64,000 nucleotides of DNA from a virus (IMGVR_UViG_3300047443_000090:23260-87259); one strand, 5' to 3'. Positions 1 to 7,846 are shown, numbered from the stretch's first letter. Notes: generated by a model from the sequence alone, not told the origin. A program made the numbers and translations.

Positions 1-218
1 TTCGCCTCAAAGAATGGTCGTTCGGCCTCGGCGTCGAAATCGCGCGCGGCGCGGGCGGCGCGCAGCTCGCGCCCCTGCTTTTCGGCGGCGGCCATCTGCG
101 CGGCGGCGAGCGCAGCCGCATATCCATTGGGGGCTTCGGTGTTGAGCGTCGCGGCTAAGGCGATCAGCTTGTCCAGCTCCGACGCTTCGATGGCGGGCGG
201 TTGGGTCTTGTTGGTCAT
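1..218 (-). CDS. hypothetical phage protein (3' end outside window)
   Basis: ATG at 218 after an AAGGA RBS; open to the window edge (MTNKTQPPAIEASELDKLIAL...). Confidence 0.6.
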   Translation of the reverse strand, partial: MTNKTQPPAIEASELDKLIALAATLNTEAPNGYAAALAAAQMAAAEKQGRELRAARAARDFDAEAERPFFEA

Positions 219-227
219 GGCGTTCCT

Positions 228-728
228 TCAGGCGGTGGCGGTGGCTTCAACGGGCATGAATATTTCATGCACGCGCGGCGATTCCAGAAAAGTCGATTTG
301 ACGACGGCGCGCAGTCCCTTGCCCATCGTCCCGAATAGGCCGTAGGATTTCCAGTTGCACGCCTTGCCGTCGCGGACGGTGCCCGTATCGCACTCGTAGG
401 GGTCGGTAGAGTGGCCTTCGCAGGATGGGCAAACGTACTTGCCGGAAGGGAAGGCAGACTTGAACGCATTGGGCGACTCGAACACGCGCACGTCGCCCAG
501 CTTCGGGAAGTTGGCCTCTTGGTAGAAGTTGATGGCGCTGTAGTCGCGGCGGCTCTCGATGGCGGCCAGCACGGCATCCGGGGTCATATCCAGCGCGGCA
601 GCGTATTCAGGCAGCACCCGGTCGAGCAGGGCTTGCACCCGGTTGACGCGCTGCTGGCCTTCCTTGCCCGGCCAGCTATCGGCGCATTCCTTGGCGATCT
701 TGTTGATGATTTCTACGGTAGTTGGCAT
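228..728 (-). CDS. conserved phage protein with Cys (Zn-binding) motif
   Basis: Contains YSAINFYQEANFP, CPSC...C...CNWKSYGL; likely start MPTTVE. Confidence 0.7.
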   Translation of the reverse strand: MPTTVEIINKIAKECADSWPGKEGQQRVNRVQALLDRVLPEYAAALDMTPDAVLAAIESRRDYSAINFYQEANFPKLGDVRVFESPNAFKSAFPSGKYVCPSCEGHSTDPYECDTGTVRDGKACNWKSYGLFGTMGKGLRAVVKSTFLESPRVHEIFMPVEATATA

Positions 729-835
729 GTTGATGTGTCCGAAATGGGTGTGCGAATAATACATGTATGTACGAAATTAATAAAGCCTAGTTTCGTACCT
801 CTTTTACTGTGGTGTACGGCGGTGGTCGATTCCGG

Positions 836-1027
836 TCAGTCGGCAGCGGCGGGGACGTTGTGTGCGGGTATGAATTCCATGCCGTTGAACTGCCTCAACT
901 TGATGACCTTCCCGCATTGGTCGCATATGGTGTGGCCGTCCTTCTCGCTGACGCTGTAGAAATCGCGTCCGACGATGCGATAGCCGCTTGCCTCGCACCT
1001 GTTTGGGTTCCTGCGTTTGGCTTTCAT
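836..1027 (-). CDS. small Zn-finger-like hypothetical protein
   Basis: 63 aa ORF with CDQC..H, co-oriented in the early operon. Confidence 0.55.
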   Translation of the reverse strand: MKAKRRNPNRCEASGYRIVGRDFYSVSEKDGHTICDQCGKVIKLRQFNGMEFIPAHNVPAAAD

Positions 1028-1040
1028 GGTTCGATCCCGA

Positions 1041-1376
1041 TCAGAGAGGTTCGCCCGCTTCGTTGAAGTAGGGGCCGTCCGGGCCGCGCTCCATCGACTC
1101 GGTATCGGCCCGCGTCCAGCGCCCGCTGTCGAAATCCTCGCGGTCGGATTGCTCGCTGTCCCACTTGATCGGCTGGCCGTTGTAGAACCATTCCGCGCCG
1201 AGGTCGGAGGCGTCGCAATGGGATTCCTTGCCGTCCGCGTCCTTCATATGCACGCAGCCGGTGAACTCCGGATCAGGAAACTCCAGCTCGGTGACGGTGA
1301 GGGTGACGCCGTTCAAGGTAACTTCATCGCCTGCGGTAATGCCGGTGCCGTCGTCGGTGCGGATCAGGTTAATCAT
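1041..1376 (-). CDS. acidic hypothetical protein
   Basis: GGAGA RBS before ATG 1376 (MINLIRTDDG). Confidence 0.65.
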   Translation of the reverse strand: MINLIRTDDGTGITAGDEVTLNGVTLTVTELEFPDPEFTGCVHMKDADGKESHCDASDLGAEWFYNGQPIKWDSEQSDREDFDSGRWTRADTESMERGPDGPYFNEAGEPL

Positions 1377-1405
1377 GTGGTTCTCCGGGTAGTTGGTGGT
1401 TGAGG

Positions 1406-1774
1406 TTATTCGTCTGCGAGGCGGGCTTTGAAGTACACCGGGCCTTCGGAGCTGGTGAACATGCAATCCCTGTCCATATCGCGGCGCGCTTGCTTGATCG
1501 CGTCGGCCTTGCCGGTAGCGCTTACTTCGTGGTCGAAGCCGTCTTTCTCGTCCCATGCCGGGTACTTCTTCCGCACATGGACGATGTACTTGCGCAGCTC
1601 CGGGGCGGCCTTGCTCGGCGCGACTGGCGCGGGCGCGGCGGGCGGCTGGCGCAGGCCAAGTGCCACTTCTACGGCCTCAAGCGTGCCTTCGACAGCCGGG
1701 GCACCGTAGCCGTTGACGAAAGCGTAGTAGACGATTTGCCCCTCGCGCATCAGTTGACCAATTCGAGCATCCAT
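1406..1774 (-). CDS. hypothetical protein
   Basis: GGAGG RBS, first gene after the promoter at 1822-1850. Confidence 0.7.
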   Translation of the reverse strand: MDARIGQLMREGQIVYYAFVNGYGAPAVEGTLEAVEVALGLRQPPAAPAPVAPSKAAPELRKYIVHVRKKYPAWDEKDGFDHEVSATGKADAIKQARRDMDRDCMFTSSEGPVYFKARLADE

Positions 1775-1821
1775 CGTGTTTCCTCCGTACCGCCGCGCCC
1801 AGTGCGCCGCCCATAACCGCT

Positions 1822-1850
1822 ACTGTATGCGCTCACGAAATAAGAGTCAA
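1822..1850 (-). promoter_or_regulatory. sigma70 promoter with conserved GTGAGCGCATACA operator (copy 1)
   Basis: TTGACT-17-TACAGT; the motif is repeated six times in the window. Confidence 0.85.
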
Positions 1851-1871
1851 GCGGTTTATGCAGCAGGCAAT

Positions 1872-1895
1872 AAAAAAGCCCGGCGAACCGGGCTT
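1872..1895 (-). terminator. intrinsic terminator
   Basis: AAGCCCGG-TTCG-CCGGGCTT followed by a T-run on the minus strand. Confidence 0.8.
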
Positions 1896-1915
1896 GCTGC
1901 GATGGGGAGGGGCGT

Positions 1916-2167
1916 TCAGCGGATCACGAATACCGGCACGCCGCCGCGCGCACCAATCTTGCACAGGCCGTAGCCCCGGTCGAAGTCGGCCTTCGCGACC
2001 TTGCTCGGCGCGACAGCTTCGGTGAGCTGGAGATAGCCCGGCTCGCAATTGTTGTTTGTCGCAGGGATGGCGACAAGCGTGTGGTGGTCGATGCCGTCAG
2101 CGACCGCCTGCTGAAGCAAGCCGATAAGCGCGCTGATGCTCAAGTGGGTGGGGCGGGCGGCCTTCAT
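1916..2167 (-). CDS. hypothetical protein
   Basis: ATGA overlap with the upstream gene (MKAARPTH). Confidence 0.6.
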   Translation of the reverse strand: MKAARPTHLSISALIGLLQQAVADGIDHHTLVAIPATNNNCEPGYLQLTEAVAPSKVAKADFDRGYGLCKIGARGGVPVFVIR

Positions 2168-2481
2168 GCCGCCTCCTGCGGCACGGCAGGGAGTTGGCGC
2201 AGCAGGGCGCTCCATGCGCTGTGCTCGCCAAAAAGCGGCTTGCGTTCATCGTCGGTCGATGCCTTCTCAAGCGCCGCGTCCAGCGCGTGCTTGCGGCCCA
2301 GTGCGAAGCCGTGCAGGAAGATTGCATCATCGCGCGGTACTTCGATATTGACGGCCCCGGCCTTGTCTGCGCGCCCGGCTGCTGTCTCGGCTTCGACCTT
2401 GGCATGGGTGCCGCCATCGTGGAGGTAGGTGGCAAGCAGGGATGCCATTTTCTTGCTGATCTTCAGGGCGGTGGTGCTCAT
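2164..2481 (-). CDS. hypothetical protein
   Basis: ATGA-coupled ORF, 105 aa. Confidence 0.65.
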   Translation of the reverse strand: MSTTALKISKKMASLLATYLHDGGTHAKVEAETAAGRADKAGAVNIEVPRDDAIFLHGFALGRKHALDAALEKASTDDERKPLFGEHSAWSALLRQLPAVPQEAA

Positions 2482-2888
2482 GGTGTTTCCTTGGTGGTGG
2501 TGGATGGCTCGGCGGCGGCCAGCGCCGCCTTGATGGCGTCCCGCTCCGCGATCAGCCCCTTGTAAACCGGGCTGTCCTCGTAAATCTTTAGGCCGGGGCC
2601 GGATAGTACAGCCATCTTAGCGTGCAGCGGCAGCAAGTCTTTCTCAATGGCGCTCAGGGCGCGCTTGGCGGCCCGTACAAGCCCCGCCTGTGCGTTGCAG
2701 GCCGCAATGATCGCGTCGGCTGCGGCGATGCCCTTGGCGCAGTTCTGGCTGGCTCGCGCCTCGTCAACGGTGGTGTTCAGATTGATCCCGAATACGGCGA
2801 CAAGCGAATTGCCCTCGGCGTCGGTGATGAAATTTGCGTTGTAGCCGTTCGCCATGCCGAGTTGCAGGGGGAGTTTCAAAGCGGTCAT
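2478..2888 (-). CDS. hypothetical protein
   Basis: 136 aa ORF coupled to the next gene. Confidence 0.65.
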   Translation of the reverse strand: MTALKLPLQLGMANGYNANFITDAEGNSLVAVFGINLNTTVDEARASQNCAKGIAAADAIIAACNAQAGLVRAAKRALSAIEKDLLPLHAKMAVLSGPGLKIYEDSPVYKGLIAERDAIKAALAAAEPSTTTKETP

Positions 2889-2899
2889 AGTGTCTAAGG

Positions 2900-3037
2900 T
2901 TAGTTGGTGTAGGTGCCAGCGATCAGGCGGGCGGCGTAATGGTAAATGTGCTGGTCAATGACAGGTTGGCCGTACTGGGCGGCGAGGGCGGGGCGGCGCT
3001 CGCAGCACTTCTGCAACAGGATGGCGGTGATGCTCAT
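2900..3037 (-). CDS. small hypothetical protein (45 aa)
   Basis: AAGGA RBS, MSITAILLQKCC...; fills the gap in the operon. Confidence 0.45.
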   Translation of the reverse strand: MSITAILLQKCCERRPALAAQYGQPVIDQHIYHYAARLIAGTYTN

Positions 3038-3066
3038 GTGACTGTTCCTTTCGTGAGGTTGAAGTC

Positions 3067-3879
3067 TTACCACTTATACCCAAGGCGCTCGAAGAAGTCG
3101 CGCACTTCCTTGTGCGTGTCGAATTCGGAGGTGCAGCACAGGGAGCGTATCGCGAGGTCGGCCAGTTCCTCGGTTACTTCCGGCGTGCGCGGCTCGGCCA
3201 GCTCGGCGCGGCGGCCAGTCTCCATGAAGGTGTCAACCGCGTTGACCTCGGCACCGGCAATGGCATCCGTCAGGCGGATATCGTCGTCGTGCTCGGCGGC
3301 GGTGCGGTACATCGCCAGTTCCTGCACCTTCGTGCGCGGCTTCGGGTTGAGCACTTCCTTAGTGATTTCGTCCATGCGCGCGGCGATCATTATGCGGTCA
3401 ATGTGCTGGTCGATCAGCGCGGCCTCCGCGCGCTGCGCCGAATAGACATTGGTGCGCTTGGCGGCGGCGGCTTCAATCGCGATGCCGACGCACAGCAAGC
3501 CCTTGAGCATCATTTGCTCGCCCGGCAGGCCGCGCCACTGGTCGATGATGGCCTGCGTGCGTTCGGTGACGGTCAGCAAAGGGCCGGTGGTGGCAGCGGT
3601 GGAAAACTTCATATTTGGGGTGGCGGTGGAGAGCTTCATATTAGATTCCATAGTGGGTATGCGGCGTACTGGCTCGGCCATGCGCTCGCGGTGGGCCTCG
3701 ATGTCGGCCATGCTGATGTCGCTCTTGTCGGACAGCTTGTACGCGCCGGTCGCCAGCATTTCGGACAGCCATTCCTTCGCCTCGAATTCCTCGCCGTTGA
3801 CGCTGAATTCCTTGGCGCGCTCCGCGCCGATGTAGCCCTTGTAGCCGTACAGGGTGTGAATGACCTTGATCGTTTTCAT
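3067..3879 (-). CDS. hypothetical protein
   Basis: 270 aa ORF, first gene after the promoter at 3929-3957. Confidence 0.7.
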   Translation of the reverse strand: MKTIKVIHTLYGYKGYIGAERAKEFSVNGEEFEAKEWLSEMLATGAYKLSDKSDISMADIEAHRERMAEPVRRIPTMESNMKLSTATPNMKFSTAATTGPLLTVTERTQAIIDQWRGLPGEQMMLKGLLCVGIAIEAAAAKRTNVYSAQRAEAALIDQHIDRIMIAARMDEITKEVLNPKPRTKVQELAMYRTAAEHDDDIRLTDAIAGAEVNAVDTFMETGRRAELAEPRTPEVTEELADLAIRSLCCTSEFDTHKEVRDFFERLGYKW

Positions 3880-3928
3880 GTGGTGCCTTATGTGTGCTGG
3901 CCGCGCCCACGCGCCGCCCTTGTTCGAT

Positions 3929-3957
3929 ACTGTATGCGCTCACGTTTACGGCGTCAA
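3929..3957 (-). promoter_or_regulatory. sigma70 promoter with operator (copy 2)
   Basis: TTGACG-17-TACAGT containing GTGAGCGCA. Confidence 0.85.
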
Positions 3958-3979
3958 GAGTTATTTGCGTGGGCCGCTA

Positions 3980-4020
3980 GGAAAACTGCGCGCGCTCCCG
4001 CGCAGGCCCGGCTTTACAGT
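3980..4020 (+). promoter_or_regulatory. putative late promoter
   Basis: GGAAAA-N29-TACAGT, the same spacing as eight other sites. Confidence 0.65.
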
Positions 4021-4140
4021 TCTACCCAGTCAACGGCGGGATTCCATTGATACCGGGCGCGAAGCCGGTCAGAGCGTGTTGCGGTGGTGCTGTTCACTGC
4101 GGCAAGCGCTGGTCGGTAGGACGGATTCGCGCAACACCCA
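4021..4140 (+). ncRNA. candidate structured RNA
   Basis: Several hairpins (tcaacgg/ccattga, accgg/ccggt, gcggtg/cactgc) right after a promoter; no convincing ORF. Confidence 0.3.
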
Positions 4141-4192
4141 AATTCGTTTTATGATTATGCGAAGTTAAAAAGTCTTTTAAAATCAAACACTT

Positions 4193-4220
4193 ACTTCGCA
4201 TAATCTTTCTTATGTCAAAT
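4193..4220 (+). other. XerCD dif-like recombination site
   Basis: ACTTCGCATAA-TCTTTC-TTATGTCAAAT has the 11-6-11 dif architecture; an IHF-like AATCAAACACTTA is adjacent (4181-4193). Confidence 0.75.
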
Positions 4221-4232
4221 TGATAAGATTGC

Positions 4233-4391
4233 ATGATAAGTAACAGTAAACCCAAGGTGCGCCAGCGGGGCTTTGTCCTCATCAGCAATGCCTCGATCTG
4301 CGCTGCCATCGTCGTGGTGGCCGCTCTCGGCTGGGGCGTGGTTGAGTTGGCTCGCTGGGCGCTGTCCCATGTTCACCTGTCAATTGCTTGA
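4233..4391 (+). CDS. 52 aa membrane peptide with prepilin-like leader
   Basis: MISNSKPKVRQRG-FVLISNASICAAIVVVAALGWG... Confidence 0.5.
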   Translation: MISNSKPKVRQRGFVLISNASICAAIVVVAALGWGVVELARWALSHVHLSIA

Positions 4392-4431
4392 CCCAGTTTT
4401 TTAACGTAGTGCAAACCAAAGGAGTGAGAGT

Positions 4432-4782
4432 ATGAAAGGTATGAAACGCAGCATGTTCGCCGTCATGGCTATGGCCGCGATTGCATTCAGTGCAACCGCC
4501 GCGATGGCCGCGCCCGAAGCGCCCAGCATTCATAAAGCCAGCACCTACAAAGCCGCCCAGCCGGTCGCCGTGGTCGCTGTCGAAGCTGTCGCCGTCGATG
4601 TCGCCCGCGTGGCCGTATCGCCCGCTGGCCGCGCGCTGGTCGCAGTTCCCGCCCCGGTGCCGCTGATGCTGGCCCAGCCGGGCGGCGGCGAGCTGGTGAT
4701 GGTATCGACCTCCCTGACCAAGTACGGCTCCCGCGCGGAACTGGAGGCAGAGCACAGTTGGGGCCATAGTCAAAGCACCTAA
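4432..4782 (+). CDS. secreted hypothetical protein
   Basis: AAAGGAG RBS; Sec-type signal peptide (MKRSMFAVMAMAAIAFSATAAMA). Confidence 0.7.
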   Translation: MKGMKRSMFAVMAMAAIAFSATAAMAAPEAPSIHKASTYKAAQPVAVVAVEAVAVDVARVAVSPAGRALVAVPAPVPLMLAQPGGGELVMVSTSLTKYGSRAELEAEHSWGHSQST

Positions 4783-4821
4783 ATCCTGGCGGTCGCCGTT
4801 ATCTGAGAATGCGGCACCAAG

Positions 4822-4854
4822 AAAAAGCCCCGGTCTTTCGAGTCGGGGCTTTTT
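4822..4854. terminator. bidirectional intrinsic terminator
   Basis: AAAAAGCCCCGG...TCGGGGCTTTT between convergent genes. Confidence 0.8.
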
Positions 4855-4869
4855 CCATTGTGGCGGGCG

Positions 4870-5247
4870 CTAGAACAGGCTGGCTTGAACTGGAGCGGCG
4901 GGTGGCAATGGCGATGGGGCTTGCGGAGCTGGCGCAGGCGGCGCTTTCTCTGCTGCCGGGCGGGATAGGTTGCGTTCATGGATCGCGCGCAGCCGTAGCG
5001 CGTTCTGGCGCGTCCAGCTATCGCGCGGAAGGTGCGCCCCGGTCGATCCGTCCCAGTCAGCGAACACAGCGTCAAGGAACCCGATGCTGCCGGGGTGCTG
5101 GCGTTGCAGCTCCACCAGTTCATCGGCCCAGCGCTGCCATGTGTGGTCGTCAATGATAGGGTCGTCCAGCTCGTAGTACAGGTACGAGTGGACGAGAATT
5201 TGCGTGCGCCGCTGCCGGATGCGTTCAGCGGGTGTCTGAGGCGTCAT
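4870..5247 (-). CDS. stand-alone NAD-dependent DNA ligase domain Ia-like protein
   Basis: HSYLYYELDDPIIDDHTWQRWADELVEL resembles the LigA N-terminal HxxxYYxxDxPxIxDxxYD motif. Confidence 0.65.
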   Translation of the reverse strand: MTPQTPAERIRQRRTQILVHSYLYYELDDPIIDDHTWQRWADELVELQRQHPGSIGFLDAVFADWDGSTGAHLPRDSWTRQNALRLRAIHERNLSRPAAEKAPPAPAPQAPSPLPPAAPVQASLF

Positions 5248-5783
5248 TGGTGCCTTGCCTTCCCGCTTGCCAGCCCACCTGTTTGGGCAATCGACTGCAT
5301 ATGGCATTTCCGGCACCACAGCTCGGCGTCCTGATCGTCCGAATGAGGCATGTTGTGCTCATCAAAGTACATTTTTAGACCCTTGATGGCCCAAGGGCCA
5401 TGCGTTACCCCGCATTTTGTGCATTCAGAGCGGGCGGCGATTCGTTTCACGGCGGTCTTGTACGATGCAAACGAGGGCAGATTAGGTGTCGCGCTTCTGC
5501 GTCGAATTGATGAGCATTGCTTGCTGCATGTTTTGATTCTATCGGCTTTGCTCGGCGTCTGCTCCATCGGTTTATCGCACGTTACGCACGCAGAAATGAT
5601 CCGAACCTTGCTTCCTTCCGCTCGGCAGCCCATCCCGCAGTAGTTCACCGCAACTCTTTTTGCGTGCGAAGGAGCGCGGCGAAAACTATTCCCGCAAACC
5701 GGGCAGGACATAAGAATCCCTCCGCATCCAGAGCCAAGAGCGCCGACACCGATGTCTCTCGGAGATTTGTTATAGACCAGCAT
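5244..5783 (-). CDS. Zn-finger repeat / HNH-like endonuclease (possibly degenerate)
   Basis: Repeated CxxC...CxxxC units and a C-terminal LWCRKCH; lower GC than neighbours. Confidence 0.55.
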   Translation of the reverse strand: MLVYNKSPRDIGVGALGSGCGGILMSCPVCGNSFRRAPSHAKRVAVNYCGMGCRAEGSKVRIISACVTCDKPMEQTPSKADRIKTCSKQCSSIRRRSATPNLPSFASYKTAVKRIAARSECTKCGVTHGPWAIKGLKMYFDEHNMPHSDDQDAELWCRKCHMQSIAQTGGLASGKARHQ

Positions 5784-5806
5784 TACGCTTCCCTCTAATT
5801 TTTGTT

Positions 5807-6010
5807 CTAGTCAATGAATGACCCGCTTGGGTTACTGCGCCGGTTCGCCTCCCCGGCGAATGTCTTGGGGCAGAAATCAACTTCGTGCGTGGTGCTGCCG
5901 CAGTAGGTGCAGCGCAGGCTTGTGCGCGCCGCGCTGCCGCCGTAGGTGCTCGGGCACAGCGCGACGGGATGCGAGCCGCCGCAGTAGGAGCAATAGGCGG
6001 TCAGCGGCAT
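5807..6010 (-). CDS. tandem CCHC zinc-knuckle protein
   Basis: CSYCGGSHPVALCP and CTYCGSTTHEVDFCP. Confidence 0.6.
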   Translation of the reverse strand: MPLTAYCSYCGGSHPVALCPSTYGGSAARTSLRCTYCGSTTHEVDFCPKTFAGEANRRSNPSGSFID

Positions 6011-6516
6011 GGTGCCAGGATCGGGTCGGATGGGTCCACACCGTTCGCCTCGGCCATCGCACGGTAGGATTCATGCAGCTCGTGGCCGCCGTCGCTGATG
6101 GCGTCGAAGTCCATTTCGCCCTTGATGTACTTCATGCGGACGGTCATGTTGTGATCCGCGCCGCGCATCAGGAACCCGGCACAGGTGGCCGGTTTCTTGG
6201 TGCCCGATTCGTGGCATGAAAACATTTTATCCGCCCGGTCGTAGGCGGTGCCCGCAGTCTCGCGGAATGCCCCTGCCGGGAAGGTGCCGGTCTGGTCTAC
6301 GCGCCACGGACAGCCGCCGCACGGCTCGCGCCGATACTGGCCGCCGCCGCCAATAACCGATACAACCCGATGGTTCTCGTCTACCGGGCGAACGTCGGTG
6401 ATGCGGGTCGGCTTACGCGCGGGCCGCATGATTTCAGGCGGAACCGTCATGCACCCTTTGATCGCCTCGATAGCGGCCTGCTGGTAGTCGCGCAGCTTCG
6501 GCAGGTTCTTAGCCAT
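6001..6516 (-). CDS. DUF6283-like Cys-rich phage protein
   Basis: PCGGCPWR...FSCHES...TCAGFL motif. Confidence 0.6.
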   Translation of the reverse strand: MAKNLPKLRDYQQAAIEAIKGCMTVPPEIMRPARKPTRITDVRPVDENHRVVSVIGGGGQYRREPCGGCPWRVDQTGTFPAGAFRETAGTAYDRADKMFSCHESGTKKPATCAGFLMRGADHNMTVRMKYIKGEMDFDAISDGGHELHESYRAMAEANGVDPSDPILAPCR

Positions 6517-6769
6517 GTGTGGGCACCTTCAGCGAGAGCGGGTCGATGAACTGGATCATGGTAGCGTGCGGGGAAATCACGGTGCCATCGGCCAGCTCGA
6601 CAATCGCAACCGGGTGCAGGCCGGGGCCATTATCGAATTCCTCGTAGTCGGTGCCGAAGCTGTGGAACCATGCGCGCTCGTGCAGCAGTTCACGAACCCA
6701 TTTGGGGCTGTCCGGGTATTTGCGCATCGTGTAGACGCGCACTGGGCGCGTGGTGGCGGTGTTACTCAT
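6509..6769 (-). CDS. hypothetical protein
   Basis: Coupled ORF, 86 aa. Confidence 0.65.
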   Translation of the reverse strand: MSNTATTRPVRVYTMRKYPDSPKWVRELLHERAWFHSFGTDYEEFDNGPGLHPVAIVELADGTVISPHATMIQFIDPLSLKVPTHG

Positions 6770-7367
6770 GGCTCGCGGCCTCCTGTTGCTGGGGCGCGAG
6801 GAATTCGACGCCCTTGTGATTGCTGAAGCCGGACAGAATCATAGCGGTGATGAAATAGAAGTTGCGGCCCTTGTCGTAGATGACTTCTTCCTTGTCGGTG
6901 CCCGCGCTCAGGATCATCTTGGCGCGCTCGCTGTAGGATTTGTCGCCTATGGTGAAGCGCAGCCTGTCGCCCGCGCGCACTTGCCCTGCCCCGGTGACGG
7001 GCTTCCATTCGGGCGCTGGCGGGGTGTACGGCACGACCGGCTTGCCGCACTCATTGGCGACGCGCTCGACTGCTTCGCGGCGATACGACCAAATGCGGAC
7101 GTTCCCATTGTCGGCGTACACGGCCCATGCGGGGCCATCGGGGATCGGCGTGACGTGCCCCAGCGACCAGCAGCCGCTCACGCCGTCCATCCAGACGACG
7201 GAGGTATGCCCGCTCAGGATTTGCGCCTCGGTGCGCGTGGTGGTGATGATCGGCTTGTCTGAGCCGCCGTAGAGATTGACAGCGACGCGGCCACCGACTT
7301 TGCAGGCGGCATTGAAGGCGTCGCACTCGGCTTGCAGCGCGGCGAGGTCTGGTTTTTTGTATGTCAT
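6762..7367 (-). CDS. hypothetical protein
   Basis: 201 aa ORF with AAGGA RBS. Confidence 0.7.
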   Translation of the reverse strand: MTYKKPDLAALQAECDAFNAACKVGGRVAVNLYGGSDKPIITTTRTEAQILSGHTSVVWMDGVSGCWSLGHVTPIPDGPAWAVYADNGNVRIWSYRREAVERVANECGKPVVPYTPPAPEWKPVTGAGQVRAGDRLRFTIGDKSYSERAKMILSAGTDKEEVIYDKGRNFYFITAMILSGFSNHKGVEFLAPQQQEAASHE

Positions 7368-7369
7368 TC

Positions 7370-7456
7370 TTATTCCTTGTTAGCCCAGCAGATGCCCAGC
7401 GCGACGATAATCACGCCGATGATCTTCGCCAGCTCGATAATCTCCGCGCCGGTCAT
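7370..7456 (-). CDS. 28 aa single-TM peptide
   Basis: ATGA-coupled; MTGAEIIELAKIIGVIIVALGICWANKE. Confidence 0.45.
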   Translation of the reverse strand: MTGAEIIELAKIIGVIIVALGICWANKE

Positions 7457-7788
7457 GCTGGCACCGCTGCGGCAATGAGGGCGTCAATCTTGGCCTTGTG
7501 TGCGGCCTCAATCGCCTTGGTGCTGGCGGTGATGGCGGCGACTTGTTCATTGCTGATCGCATGAACCGCAAGCGCTTCTTCTTTGGTGTCGCACAGGTAC
7601 AGGGCCGACTTGCGCGCGATGTAGTCGCCCTCATCCTCGCCGTGGCGATTCGTGAGGTAGATGCGCTGCCCGGAGGTCTTCACGACCATGCGTGGGCTGG
7701 CGCAGATGGTGTGGTACATGAAGGATTCTTTGCAGAGCCATTGGCCTGCATTGATGTCAGTGTCGGTGGTGATTTTGGTGATAGCCAT
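7453..7788 (-). CDS. hypothetical protein
   Basis: First gene after the promoter at 7817-7846 (MAITKITT). Confidence 0.65.
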   Translation of the reverse strand: MAITKITTDTDINAGQWLCKESFMYHTICASPRMVVKTSGQRIYLTNRHGEDEGDYIARKSALYLCDTKEEALAVHAISNEQVAAITASTKAIEAAHKAKIDALIAAAVPA

Positions 7789-7816
7789 GCGGGTTCTCTC
7801 TGTTGTTTGAGTTGGC

Positions 7817-7846
7817 ATTGTATGCGCTCACATTGCGGACGGTCAA
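7817..7846 (-). promoter_or_regulatory. sigma70 promoter with operator (copy 3)
   Basis: TTGACC-18-TACAAT containing GTGAGCGCA. Confidence 0.8.

Noticed and set aside
3586-3639. 27 bp tandem duplication (MKLSTATPN/MKFSTAAT)
   Set aside because: It is a short imperfect duplication in a probable linker, with no evidence of function.
4021-4140. tRNA gene
   Set aside because: It has no T-loop GTTCRA or acceptor stem; kept only as a candidate ncRNA.
7817-7834. Resemblance of AATGTGAGCGCATACAAT to the lac operator
   Set aside because: The similarity is partial and the other five copies lack the symmetry; it was treated as a phage operator, not lacO or vector contamination.
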